Below are positions 27,609 through 39,780 of a stretch of 64,000 nucleotides of DNA, piece after piece. The position numbers were made by a program, and so were the translations under genes. The stretch is from the NCBI GenBank assembly GCA_951406725.2, contig OX597837.1, forward strand, positions 28,210,001 to 28,274,000. The letters run 5' to 3'. Source of the DNA: Octopus vulgaris. Lineage: Eukaryota. The notes below the pieces were generated by a model that saw only the letters and a program-made list of their open reading frames with translations, did no database searches and was not told the DNA's origin. Each line of letters opens with the position of its first letter. Position 1 is the stretch's first letter.

Positions 27609-28123
27609 TGTTGTGACCCCCTTCAGTCATGAATGACCATGGGATTGCACCTAGAAAGTTACCCTCCGAGGCACAAGTCTGGGCAAGGTTGTTTATGGAA
27701 GACCAGCAGTCGCCGACGCATACCAGCCTCCCCTCTCCACGACAACAGTATTATCCAAGAGAAAGGCAAAGGCCGATACAGCTTGGCACCATTGACGTCG
27801 TAGCTCATTTATTAACGTGTAAGTGGCTGAGCACTCCACAGACATGTATACCCTTAACGTAGTCCTCGGGGAGATTCAGCGTGACACTGAGTGTGACAAG
27901 GCTGGCCCTTCGAAATACAGGTACAACAGAAACAAGAAGAAAGAGTGAAAGAAAGTTGTGGTGAAAGAGTACAGCAGGGATCACCACCATCCCCTGCCGG
28001 AGCCTCGTGGAGCTTTAGGTGCTTTCGCTCAATAAGCACTCACAATTCCCGGTCTGGGAATCGAAACCGCGATCCTACGACCGCGAGTCCACTGCCCTAA
28101 CCACTGGGCCATTGCGCCTCCGC
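27609..28123 (-). mobile_element. SINE family C with a third 3' tail, single insertion
   Basis: TSD aattgttaaagt at 27597-27608 and 28124-28135 brackets the C head/body plus a different about 200-bp tail ending ..cattcatgactgaaggggggtcacaac. Confidence 0.8.
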
Positions 28124-28731
28124 AATTGTTAAAGTAATAGGTTTATAAATCAATAAATTCATAACTGTGTTGTGCGTGTCTGTCTTTCATTCGCGAGGAC
28201 AGTTTAGCAGTGGTTTACATCATTGTTTTTATGTGCCTATGTACACGCAAACATAGGCACCCTGTTGGTCCAGCCCCACTTGATTTCGCGGAACATCGAA
28301 GATGCGTCAACGGATAAGATATAGGGCGGCACTAGCACACGGTTGCTGCTCAGTTGCAGCTGAGAAATTAGGGCAGTGTGAAGTGAAATGTACTGCTGAA
28401 GGATATAACACGTTGTACTGCCTAGGGATCAAACTTACGACTTTAAAATTGTGAGGTTATCGCCCTAACCCCAACGCCATGCAACTTCTCATACACACTT
28501 CATGGTTGTGTGAGTGTGTGTGTGTGTTTCATGTGTGTGTGTGTGTGTGTGTGTGTGTTTCATGTCTGTGTGTGTGTGTTTCATGTCTGTGTGTGTATGT
28601 GTGTGCACGCGCATGCGTGTGTTTCAGAACGTACTTACGGGGAAAGAATAGAGAGCGACAAAGAGCATCGACTGTTTCCACAAACACACACACTCACACA
28701 CACAAACACTCACACACACACACACACACAC

Positions 28732-28827
<96 letters not shown>

Positions 28828-29224
28828 TCACACATACTCACACACATACATATATATATATAATGCGTATGTATCTATGTAGGGTGGGAAGGTGCGGAGG
28901 AGACAAAGAAACAAAAACAAACAAAAACCGTTGTGTTGCTATAAATGGTTCTAATGAGTGAAAGAGAGAGAATGAGATCGAACGAAGGAGCGGGTGAACG
29001 AGTTTGAAACTGATGAATGGTAACGGATTAGTTTGCTATATTTCTTTTTCCTTCAATATTTTGTCCAATGAATATAATATATATAAAAAAAAAGAAAAAA
29101 ACAACTTCTAAAGCCGGTCACTCGATCGATGCTCTATACACAATTTATCGATCTAACATCGATTTGGAACGACTACAATCATGGTTCTGAAGATATGAGT
29201 GAAAACTAGACAACACACACACAC

Positions 29225-29275
<51 letters not shown>

Positions 29276-29280
29276 ATATG

Positions 29281-29327
<47 letters not shown>

Positions 29328-29392
29328 CTATCTGTATGTATATATATGTATGTGTGTATATGTACACATGTATGAATATATATGTATCTATG

Positions 29393-29442
<50 letters not shown>

Positions 29443-29447
29443 CATGC

Positions 29448-29487
<40 letters not shown>

Positions 29488-29564
29488 GTATGTATATACA
29501 CATATATATAACTACTTGATAAATTCTTATAAAAATTTTATCCTATTTTTACACATTGTATGTG

Positions 29565-29607
<43 letters not shown>

Positions 29608-29608
29608 A

Positions 29609-29661
<53 letters not shown>

Positions 29662-31276
29662 GAAAATATGAAAAGCAAAGTTGACCTCGGCGGGATTTGA
29701 ACTCGGAACGTAAAGAGCAGGAACAAACACCGCAAAGCCTTTTGTCCGACGCGCTAACAATTTTGTCAACCCACCCTCGATATCCCGTTTGTGTTTCTTG
29801 ATCTGGTAAATAAACTGCTGGAGTCATGAATCTTTGGACCATCAGACGAACAGATCTTCCAGAATTCTTCAAATATTTACAAGCATTCAATAACAATTGC
29901 AAGCGATCACGACTGATCACAGCCGATCACAAATAATCTCGACTGATCACAAGTGATCACTTTGATGCTTTTATTACTCTCACATAACATTTTCTCGAAT
30001 TTACTGCTTTTGTCTTCTTTCCTCTCGCACTCTTTGTTTGTTTGTGTGTGTGTGTGTTCATGTGTGATTTTTTCCCAGTGTATCTTTTCCTCTCGGTCTA
30101 TCTTCTCCATCTATTTTCTTTTTCCTCTTTCTCCTTAGTTCTCGCTCGCTGTCTATATTGTCTATTATACGATACATGTATGAACATGGAGGCGCAATGG
30201 CCCAGTGGTTAGGGCAGCGGACTCGCGGTCGTAGGATCGCGGTTTCGATTCCCAGACCGGGCGTTGTGAGTGTTTATTGAGCGAAAACACCTAAAGCTCC
30301 ACGAGGCTCCGGCAGGGGATGGTGGTGATCCCTGCTGTACTCTTTCACCACAACTTTCTCTCACTCTTACTTCCTGTTTCTGTTGTACCTGTATTTCAAA
30401 GGGCCGGCCTTGTCACTCTCTGTGTCACGCTGAATATCTCCGAGAACTACGTTAAGGGTACACGTGTCTGTGGAGTGCTCAGCCACTTACACGTTAATTT
30501 CACGAGCAGGCTGTTCCGTTGATTCGGATCAACCGGAACCCTCATCGTCGTAACCGACAGAGTGCTTCCACCACTTTGATGAATAAAATTTCCGCTTTGT
30601 TGAAATATATTGTGATGAATTTCACGTTTCAAAACGTTGCTTACTTTTTACTCAGCCTGACATATTGCTCCAACCTATTCTCGGACAATTAAATTTTAAC
30701 AGCCCAGTATCCATTTCTAACAACAGGCTATTGAGTTGTGGTATTAGTTAAGAATTAGTATATACCAATTTTTGACTAATTAGCACCTTATCAGCGACTA
30801 ATTTCAGCGACAGGAAACAACTATTTTTCTCTGCCCCACATCTGGTCTGATACGGTTGATTTTATTGAAATCTTGACAGGAATATTAAAACAGTAATTTT
30901 TCATATTACTTGTGTTGTTGTTTTTCATATCACCGTAGCTTCTTACATGTGCATTTATGCCTGTGTATGTCTCTGTGCATACGTATGTATGTATGTATGT
31001 ATGTATGTATGTATGTATGTATGTATGTATGTATGTATGTATGTATGTATCAATCAATCGAATTCATGTCGCCGGATCAAAGACAATTTTTTAATCAACT
31101 TAAGCTGACTTATTAAATTCTTCTGTGTGTATTGAGTCACGTTTCTCTCACTTGTTCATCCTAACTCTATGGCCACCATTAAAACTTTTAGCCGTGATGT
31201 ACTTAGACACAAAGAGATATCCGTATATATGTAAACATGTCAATTTGGAATTATCAGCATTACTGGCTGCACGTTA

Positions 31277-31331
<55 letters not shown>

Positions 31332-31473
31332 TGTGTGTAATAAACACAATATATATTTCTATGAAATACTAATAGCTTCATGCGAAGAAAACATCTAACA
31401 GCATTTTTCAATACGTCTAGTGTCTTGGAGTCCATTTTTTTTATCAATTAATCTTACCATCACAGAACAGTAC

Positions 31474-31499
<26 letters not shown>

Positions 31500-31504
<5 letters not shown>

Positions 31505-31620
31505 ATATAAATTAGAAAAAGCCACCTTTTATAATTATATATATATATAAATTAGAAAAAGCCACCTTTTATAATTATATATATATAAATTAGAAAAAAA
31601 ACACCTTTTATAATTATATA
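31500..31620. repeat. Three tandem copies of aaattagaaaaagccaccttttataat(TA)n
   Basis: Direct inspection; the unit start resembles the aaattagagataaaaccact terminus of the 3476-3714 element. Confidence 0.8.
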
Positions 31621-32361
31621 TATATATATACATACACACGTTCTTGTGCATACATATATGTATATATCTATACTTAGCCAATAAGGATATGTATAGATTA
31701 GTTTATAGATTATGCTAAGTCGTTTCGGACGTATTTACATGCATATGAAGATCTCTTTGTATTTGCCATTAAGCTACTATTAACGATGTACTTGATACAC
31801 ACTTATACACATACACACACACTCGTATATTTGTTTCTACATTGGTGCATGCGTTTGTGTGTGTATATATATAGGTGGGGTGTATAATGAGAATGTGGAG
31901 GGGAATAAATAATAATAAAAACGAGATGGTTACGCCGATAACATGGCGAGAAGTCGCTTAATCAAATGCTATACGTTCTGGTGAGAAATTCAAACATATG
32001 AAGTAATTTCGTCTTGCTGCCGGAAAGCAAAAAAAAAAATTACTTTTTCTATCTTAACAACGACGTTCACATCAAATATGTTGGAAGCATTGATTAGGAA
32101 AATGTCAAGGTGTTTCATAAATTCTAAAAGATAAAATCTTGAAATGTCTGTATGGTGTGAGTTATACACTTGTGAGTAAAGATAAGTTATTGATTTCTTG
32201 TGGAGAAATACAATTTATACACTCGTCATTGAGAGTTTATGGTAGAATGTATTTTTGGAATATATTCTACATTCTGTTTTAAAATTATATTATTTTCCCG
32301 TATACTACTTTATACACTTGTGCATCCACACACGCCAATACACACATATAGGTAAAATATA

Positions 32362-32594
32362 TATTTCTTTACTACCCACAAAGGGCTAAACACAGAGGGG
32401 ACAAACAAGGACAGACACACGGATTAAATCGATTACATCGACCCCGGTGCGTAACTGGTACTTATTTAATCGACCCCGAAAGGATGAAAGGTAAAGTCGA
32501 CCTCAGCGGAATTTGAACTCAGAACGTAACGGCAGACGAAATACGGCCACGCATTTCGCCCGGCGTGCTAACGATTCTGCCAGCTCACCGCCTT
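32362..32594 (-). mobile_element. SINE family B (tRNA-like head plus Meta-domain-like core), full-length with 17-bp TSD
   Basis: Head ggcgg.gagctggcagaa..gagttcaaattcc; core gtcgacttt.cctttcatcctttcggggtcgat.aa.taagtaccag; TSD catataggtaaaatata at 32345-32361 and 32595-32611. Other copies at about 590-940, 29668-29770, 35215-35390, 37268-37498, 53040-53570 and 60620-60870. Confidence 0.9.
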
Positions 32595-33080
32595 CATATA
32601 GGTAAAATATAATTGTCACTAAACGCGACTAAGGGAGTCAAGACACGTACATTGCTCGAAATAAGAGCTAAAATGCTCTAATGCTGTAGAAAAGGCACAT
32701 AGATGTATACATATATGCTCACATGGGCTACAATCGCCCAAAATACCGACTCTAGAACTTCTTAGACTGAACGTTTAGTTTCGGCTATTTCTATAGCCTC
32801 CTCAGAAAGGACCGCTCGTTCAGCAGATTACACACACAGATACATAGTATTTATCTTCGATTTGTTGCAGCCATAGTGGAGCACCACCTTGAGCAATTTT
32901 AGTCGGTCTAATCTACCCCAGTACTTATTCTATCATCTCTTTTGTCGAACCGCAATGTTATGGTAACGCAAGCACACCAACACTTGGGCAAGTGTTTTCT
33001 ACTATAGTCTCGGGCCAACCAAAGCCTTGAGTGGATTTGATAGACGGAAGCTGAAAGGAGACCGTTATATATATACTTTC

Positions 33081-33485
33081 AATATGTGACCGCGTGTGTA
33101 TCGTTGGCGATTTTCTTTCTCCGTCTTCCCTTCCATGGACTTTTCCTTTTTCTATGTTTCTGACGAAGAGCTTCGCTCGAAACGTTAAGTCCTCCTTCTT
33201 TTTTCCCTTACTGAGCGTCCAATAACACTATACTTGTCCCAAGTCCTCGCGTTGTTGTGTTTTCTCTTTGTTCATGTTTGGATTACATTCAAAATGTGAC
33301 CGCGTGTATACCGTTGGCGATTTTTTTCCTCCGTCTTCCTTTCTTTGGATCTTTCCTTTTCCTATGTTTCTGACGAAGAGCTCCGCTCGAAACGTTAAAC
33401 CTTCCCTTTTCCCTTCCTTCATGAGTGTCCAATAACACTATATTTGTTCCACGTCCTCGCGTTGTTGTGTTTTCTCTTTGGATTA

Positions 33486-33490
<5 letters not shown>
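33081..33490 (+). repeat. Tandem dimer of an about 210-bp unit, each copy with a minimal hammerhead motif (retrozyme/Penelope pLTR-like)
   Basis: Units start aatatgtgaccgcgtg (33081) and aaaatgtgaccgcgtg (33291); guuuCUGACGA-A-GAGC-uyc-GCUC-GAAAC-GUU-aa at 33160-33186 and 33370-33396; followed by (TA)n. Confidence 0.7.
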
Positions 33491-33520
<30 letters not shown>

Positions 33521-33760
33521 GTGCGTGTGTGTGTATCTTTGTGTATGTGTATGTCCCACAACACCGATTGACAACCAGAGTTGGTGTGTGCGTGTATATG
33601 ATCCCGTAGCTAAGCGGTTCGGCAAAAGAGACCGAAAGAATAAGTACCAGGCTTAACGAAAATGAGTATTGGGGTCGATTCCTTTGGCTAAAAGTTCTTC
33701 AAGGCGGCGCTCCAGCATCGTTGCAATTCAATGATTCTAACAAGTAAAATATAAAAGATT

Positions 33761-33914
33761 ACCGTTAGCCACTGCACACATTTTTTTTCTTTCTGTATAA
33801 GAGCGTAGGCTCGAAACGTAAAAGACTTTTTCTATTCCTGAGCGTTACACTAATACATCTGTTTGTTTTGCACACCACCTGTCCTCGTCTTTTGTTTTTT
33901 TCGTAAACTCTCCC

Positions 33915-33915
<1 letters not shown>
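33761..33915 (+). mobile_element. Second copy of the 4043-4242 unit with a degenerate hammerhead core
   Basis: Shares cgttagc.., aagagcgtaggctcgaaacgtaaaagactt, ctattcctgagcg, ccacctg..ctcgtcttttgttt and ends in (TA)n. Confidence 0.55.
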
Positions 33916-33937
<22 letters not shown>

Positions 33938-33945
<8 letters not shown>

Positions 33946-34348
33946 AGTGAATGAAATAAATGGAGTTGAACGAAGATTGTACAGAATACCTTTTATTACA
34001 TTCTACACATGTTTCGAAGGCCACAAATTTCCAAATTCTGTTTAAATAAGGGTACCATATTGCGGCTTTCTCTTCAGGAAAAAAACAGGAATTCCGTTGA
34101 CAGGACAAAACAAAACAGAGGCACAGCGATTCGAACGAAGATGCTCCTTAGGAGCCCATGGCTGAACTGTTTATCAATTGATAAACAGTTCAGCCTCCTG
34201 TTTTTTTCCTGAAGAGAAAGCCGCAATATGGTACCCTTATTTAAACAGAATTTGGAAATTTGTGGCCTTCGAAACATGTGTAGAATGTAATAAAAGGTAT
34301 TCTGTACAATCTTCGTTCAACTCCATTTATTTCATTCACTAATAATAT
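33938..34348. repeat. Long inverted repeat (153-bp arms) with an internal 36-bp perfect palindrome
   Basis: 33938-34090 is the reverse complement of 34196-34348; 34160-34195 GGCTGAACTGTTTATCAATTGATAAACAGTTCAGCC is a perfect palindrome; the ORF track shows identical N-termini on opposite strands. Confidence 0.95.
34200..34300 (+). ncRNA. Type I hammerhead motif; an identical copy lies on the minus strand at about 33986-34086
   Basis: CUGAAGA 34209-15; stem II GAAAGCCGCAA/UUGUGGCCUUC; GAAAC 34271-75; AUGU loop; GUA 34280-82; stem I uuc/gaa. Same architecture as the 42025 motif. Confidence 0.6.
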
Positions 34349-34494
34349 TAAACTTCAATTATCCGCTCCAACGCACGGTTGCAACACCAAATGGTCTTAT
34401 CTCCAACCGTGCTGTTTCCCGCTGTGATTTTTGCTACCCAGGTATCGGTTAAACCTTTGAATAATCTATTACAAGAAAATTCATCTTTCTATTT

Positions 34495-34543
<49 letters not shown>

Positions 34544-34698
34544 TTATATGTTATTCGACTTTTTCTATCCACGTCTTTCTTTTTAATCCATAGCTCTATC
34601 AGCTTCGTGTTTCCTTGTTCCAAAAAGATATGTGTTTTGTGCACCACCTGTCTTCGTCTTTTGTTGTTTTTTTTTGTAAACTTTCCCCATATATATAT

Positions 34699-34754
<56 letters not shown>

Positions 34755-35399
34755 GTATGTCTGCATTGCTCTGTTGATTATGTATGCATTCGCCTTCCTC
34801 CTTCATCAAATAGTTCTTTTTGCTTGCGCATGTTCCAGGCGGTGGTTTCGACGACGGGATGGCGTTTTCATGTAGTAAATGGGACTCACTCGCTTTGGGT
34901 TAATTTCCTCTTCATCCTGTTTGTGATTCCTCTTAAAGCGGCGAAAAATTACCAGAAGATAACCTAAACTATATTTAAAAGTGTAATAAACACACTGACA
35001 GGCAGAAATTAATAAAATAGCCAGATGATAGGATAGATTAAGGAGAAATAGACACTGTTTCTTTTGTCTGAAGCAAATGTTAAACTGGAAATACAGATAA
35101 ACAAACAGTTTGATAAAAATTCAACAGACAAACAGACGTTATGCGTAACATGCACGACCAATGAACATGTATATATAAATGATGATGAAGAAGATGAAGG
35201 CCAGTAAATCTGAGAGTTGAGGAAGTTGACTACATCGACTCCAGTACTTAACTGATACTTATTTCATCGACCCCCGAAAGGATGAAAGGCAAAGTCAACC
35301 ACGGCGGAATTTGAACTCGGAACGTAAGGACGGACGAAATGTCGCTAAGCATTTTGCTCGGCGTGCTAACAATTCTGCCACCTCGCCATCTGTAAATTC

Positions 35400-35429
<30 letters not shown>

Positions 35430-35432
<3 letters not shown>

Positions 35433-35982
35433 TATGCCCTGATGCAGTACCAGGCAGTGGCTCTCGTGGCTTCTGATCTTAACTGATTGGAAGTGTCTTG
35501 GTATAAAAGATAGGCTACAGCAAATATTCTGCTCAATACCACAGATTTGCTTGTCAGTTGTTTGACCTTAACCAGTTGAGCATTCCTTTGGTGGCTGACG
35601 ATATGTGCATCTCTGATTGCAAGAAGTTGTGGGGGAACATCATAGCCATGTGTTGAGAGGGATTCTTTGGGGTTTAAATAATTCACCTCTGGAAACATGA
35701 GCGTTTCGTTCAACATCCTTAACCCTTATTCAGGGACCTTTTGAGCGGGATGGGTTACTCGACCAGAAGAAAATTTTAACGGGGCCTCACCTGCAAGGTC
35801 ATGTGCTGTTTATCTTGATATGAGATCACCATGTCGTGCACATATGGTTGTGATGCCTGTGCCTGGTGTAGCCTTATCAGACGGGTAGTCATGATGGATA
35901 TACTGGGCTTCGTATATTTTACTCCAATGTCACTTTGTTGGCATGCACTGCTCTCTCACTCAATAATAATAATAATAATAAT
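35430..35982. mobile_element. Unclassified about 530-bp element flanked by (AAT)n on both sides
   Basis: GC-richer block bounded by (aat)n at 35400-35430 and 35962-35982; no ORF; family unassigned. Confidence 0.35.
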
Positions 35983-36073
35983 GTGTGAGTTTCAACAAGG
36001 ATGTTAATTTTTTAGCCTTCACATTTACTTCTCCTCTATAAGTAACCCCCATCTTAAAGAATAATTCTCCGTA

Positions 36074-36109
<36 letters not shown>

Positions 36110-36146
36110 TCTCTCTCTCTCTCTCTCACACACTCTCTCTCTCTCA

Positions 36147-36180
<34 letters not shown>

Positions 36181-39100
36181 CTCTCTCTCTCTCTGGTTTC
36201 GATGAGGGATAGAAGTTACTAGTGTTCAATATAAAGTTGAAATCGAGGGAAAACTTTAGTATTTTTTGTATTGTAGTTATGGAACTGAAAGTTATCTCAT
36301 ACTTTGAAGTAATTTTCAATGTAAAACCTAGAGTGAGGGTTCAAATCCAGCTCAAGTTAAGTATTCTAGAATGTAATTTCTAGTTTTCATCTATGGACAC
36401 ACGTTTCTTATATTCTTGTATTCTACCTTTACTGCTCCATGACAGTGTAAGTGAATTTAAGCGAAAATGTTATTACTGTTGATGTTGATTAACTTTAAGT
36501 CAATCCAGATTGTCTTAGACTTCGGATCATCCCGTCATATTTCTGTGTCAGGAAGCCATGAGTGCATTAGTCGGTATTCTCCTTTCTATGGTGGCAGAGT
36601 GGGGTTTATGAGATATTTTGGTGTTATTTCTAGCAGGTTAAGCTACGACCACGTAGAAGTTACCTGACTGGGTCGTTGAGCATTATGCATAAACTGTACG
36701 CGTAAACGGACGAAAGTCATGGAGGACGGTGATACTTTCATCCGCTCAACTGAAGGCATTTACTAACATTTAAATATCGTTCACTGTGAAAATCCATTCA
36801 AAATGAGGACGCTTTTTCCTTATAAACCTATAGAATGTTCGTGGAGGCGCAATGGCCCAGTGGTTAGGGCAGCGGACTCGCGGTCGTAGGATCGCGATTT
36901 CGATTCCCAGACCGGGCGTTGTGAGTGTTTATTGAGCGAAAACACCTAAAAGCTCCACGAGGCTCCGGCAGGGGATGGTGGTGATCCCTGCTGTACTCTT
37001 TCACCACAACTTTCTCTCACTCTTTCTTCCTGTTTCTGTTGTACCTGTATTTCAAAGGGCCGGCCTTGTCACTCTCTGTGTCACGCTGAATATCCCCGAG
37101 AACTACGTTAAGGGTACACGTGTCTGTGGAGTGCTCAGCCACTTACACGTTAATTTCACGAGCAGGCTGTTCCGTTGATCGGATCAACTGGAACCCTTAT
37201 CGTCGTAACCGACGGAGTGCTTCCATCATCCATAGAATGTTCCTTTTCCTATATTATATTCTTTACCTATTTCTTTACTACCCACAAGGGGCTAAACAGA
37301 GAGAGGACAAACAAGGACAGACAAACGGATTAAGTCGATTACATCGACCCCAGTGCGTAACTGGTCCTTAATTTATCGACCCCGAAAGGATGAAAGGTAA
37401 AGTCGACCTCGGCGGAATTTAAACTCAGAACATAACGGCAGACAAAATACGGCCACGCATTTCGCCCGGCGTGCTAACGTTTCTGCCAGCTCGCCGCCTA
37501 TTTCATATTCACTACCATCACTGTAATCTTTAATGTAATTCATCTTGTCTCTGTTCCACTTCGGTCTTAAGGAAGCACTCCGTCGGTTACGACGATGAGG
37601 GTTCCGGTTGATCCGAATCAACGGAACAGCCTGCTCGTGAAATTAACGTGTAAGTGGCTGAGTACTCCACTGACACGTGCACCCTTAACGTAGTTCTCGG
37701 AGATATTCAGCGTGACACAGAGAGTGACAAGGCCGGCCCCTTGAAATACAGGTACAACAGAAACAGGAAGTAAGAGTGAGAGAAAGTTGTGGTGAAAGAG
37801 TACAGCAGGGATCACCACCATCCCCTGCCGGAGCCTCGTGGACCTTTAGGTGTTTTTCGCTCAATAAACACTCACAACGCCCGGTCTGGGAATCGAAACC
37901 GCAATCCTATGACCGCGAGTCCGCTGCCCTAACCACTGGGCCATTGCACCTCCTTCACTTCGGTATTCGGCAGAAGAAAAGAATCGACATGCGTTTCCTA
38001 ATATTACTTATAGAGTTTCTGAAATTTGAGGAAGATTGGTTAGAAATTCTATTGCTGTGTTGTAATTTTTCTCTTGCTTTCTCGAAAAAAAAAGATAATA
38101 CTTATTGATTATAAGTTTAAAGTGGCGTCCAGAAATTTGAGCTAAGTTTAGTATCAACCGTACTTCTTAAATTTAATTCTTTAAATATCTTTCAGATTTT
38201 TGCGACTGCTTATATTACAAGAGATCATTAAACTGTATTCTCTGTATAAGCTTTTTCCTGTACTGAGAAACCGGAATTCGGTGTCGTTTTTATTTCTGTT
38301 TACTTTTTCTTATACGTTCTATAGCACGGTCAGTTATCTATGTTTGTTTATATGCTTACACATATACATACTCACATCCGTTTACACGCTCACATTTGAG
38401 CACGTAGAAACAAACATACTTCTCCCATACACATATTCTAATAGTGGAGGCGCAATGGCCCAGTGGTTAGGGCAGCGGACTCGCGGTCGTAGGATCGCGG
38501 TTTCGATTCCCAGACCGGGCGTTGTGAGTGTTTATTGAGCGAAAACACCTAAAAGTTCCACGAGGCTTCGGCAGGGGATGGTGGTGATCTCTGCTGTACT
38601 CTTTCACCACAACTTTCTCTCACTCTTACTTCCTGTTTCTGTTGTATCTGTATTTCAAAGGGCCGGCCTTGTCACTCTCTGTGTCACGCTGAATATCCCC
38701 GAGAACTACGTTAAGGGTACACGTGTCTGTGGAGTGCTCAGCCACTTACACGTTAATTTCACGAGCAGGCTGTTCCGTTGATTCGGATCAACCGGAACCC
38801 TCATCGTCGTAACCGACGGAGTGCTTCCACTAACAGATATATTAATACTGCATTTTATTATGTTTTCTTGTTTCGCGATGTGCTCCTAGATTCATTATAT
38901 ACTGAATATCATTACCACCAAAAGGGTGATGAGCTGGCAGAATCGTTAGCACGCCGGGCGAAATGCTTTGCGGTATTTCGTCTGCCGTTACGCTCTGAGT
39001 TCAAATTCCGCCGAGGTCGACTTTGCCTTTCATCCTTTCGGGGTCGATTAAATAAGTACCAGTTACGCACTGGGGTCGATGTAATCGACTTAATCCGTTT

Positions 39101-39409
39101 GTCTGTCCTTGTTTGTCCCCTCTATGTTTAGCCCCTTGTGGGCAATTAATAAATAAGAATCGTTAGCAAGGCGGGCAAGATGCATAGCGCTATTTCGTTC
39201 GTCTTTACGTTCTGGGATCAAATTCCGTCGAGGTCCACTTTGCCTTTCATCCATTTAGGGGTTGATAAGATAAGTACCAGTTAAGTACAGGGGTCGATGT
39301 AATTTTGCAATATTATCTTGTTCCTTTATTTTTGTGTGTTTACACTTATCGCCTTCAAAGTATTCTCCATTTGAAGCAATGCGTCGGTCTAGGCGCATTT
39401 TCCACTATT

Positions 39410-39780
39410 CGATGTACGTAAGTACGTACGTATGTATGTAAAACTGGACTCAAGAGTCATCTTCATAGTCATAAAACGAGACAGATGAGTGACAACCTGG
39501 CCACAGGTGGTGGTGTAACACACCATACTAATCATATCTGTCGGGCATGTGGAAGAGAGTGTAATTCGGCAGGAGGACTTAAACGACATGCAAAGGTACA
39601 TGCAAAGCCCAGTTACAACTACAGCCGGCTATTACCAGTAAATGTTTAAGTTGCCAATTCTGTACAAGACATTGTAGATCTTTAGCTGGGCTAAAAAGTC
39701 ACATTCGATCACAGCACCAGTAACAGTTAAGCTTCGTGCAATGGCCATACTCGATAACGAGGGGGCAGCCATAATAATGG
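39410..39780 (+). mobile_element. 3' end of an RTE-like LINE ORF2 encoding three tandem C2H2 zinc fingers (decayed)
   Basis: Own translation: ..CKTGLKSHLHSHK..(in frame)..HICRACGRECNSAGGLKRHAKVH..(frameshift)..SCQFCTRHCRSLAGLKSHIRSQHQ* (TAA 39721-39723), then a short 3' UTR atggccatactcgataacgagggggcagcc and (ATA)n. Not in the ORF track. Confidence 0.7.

Noticed and set aside
30188-30265. tRNA-like sequences with A and B boxes
   Set aside because: These are SINE heads running into SINE bodies, without a proper acceptor stem or terminator; not tRNA genes.
36975-37178. Recurrent ORF MVVIPAVLFHHNF.. and similar repeated peptides
   Set aside because: They recur because they lie inside SINE copies; no evidence of coding function.
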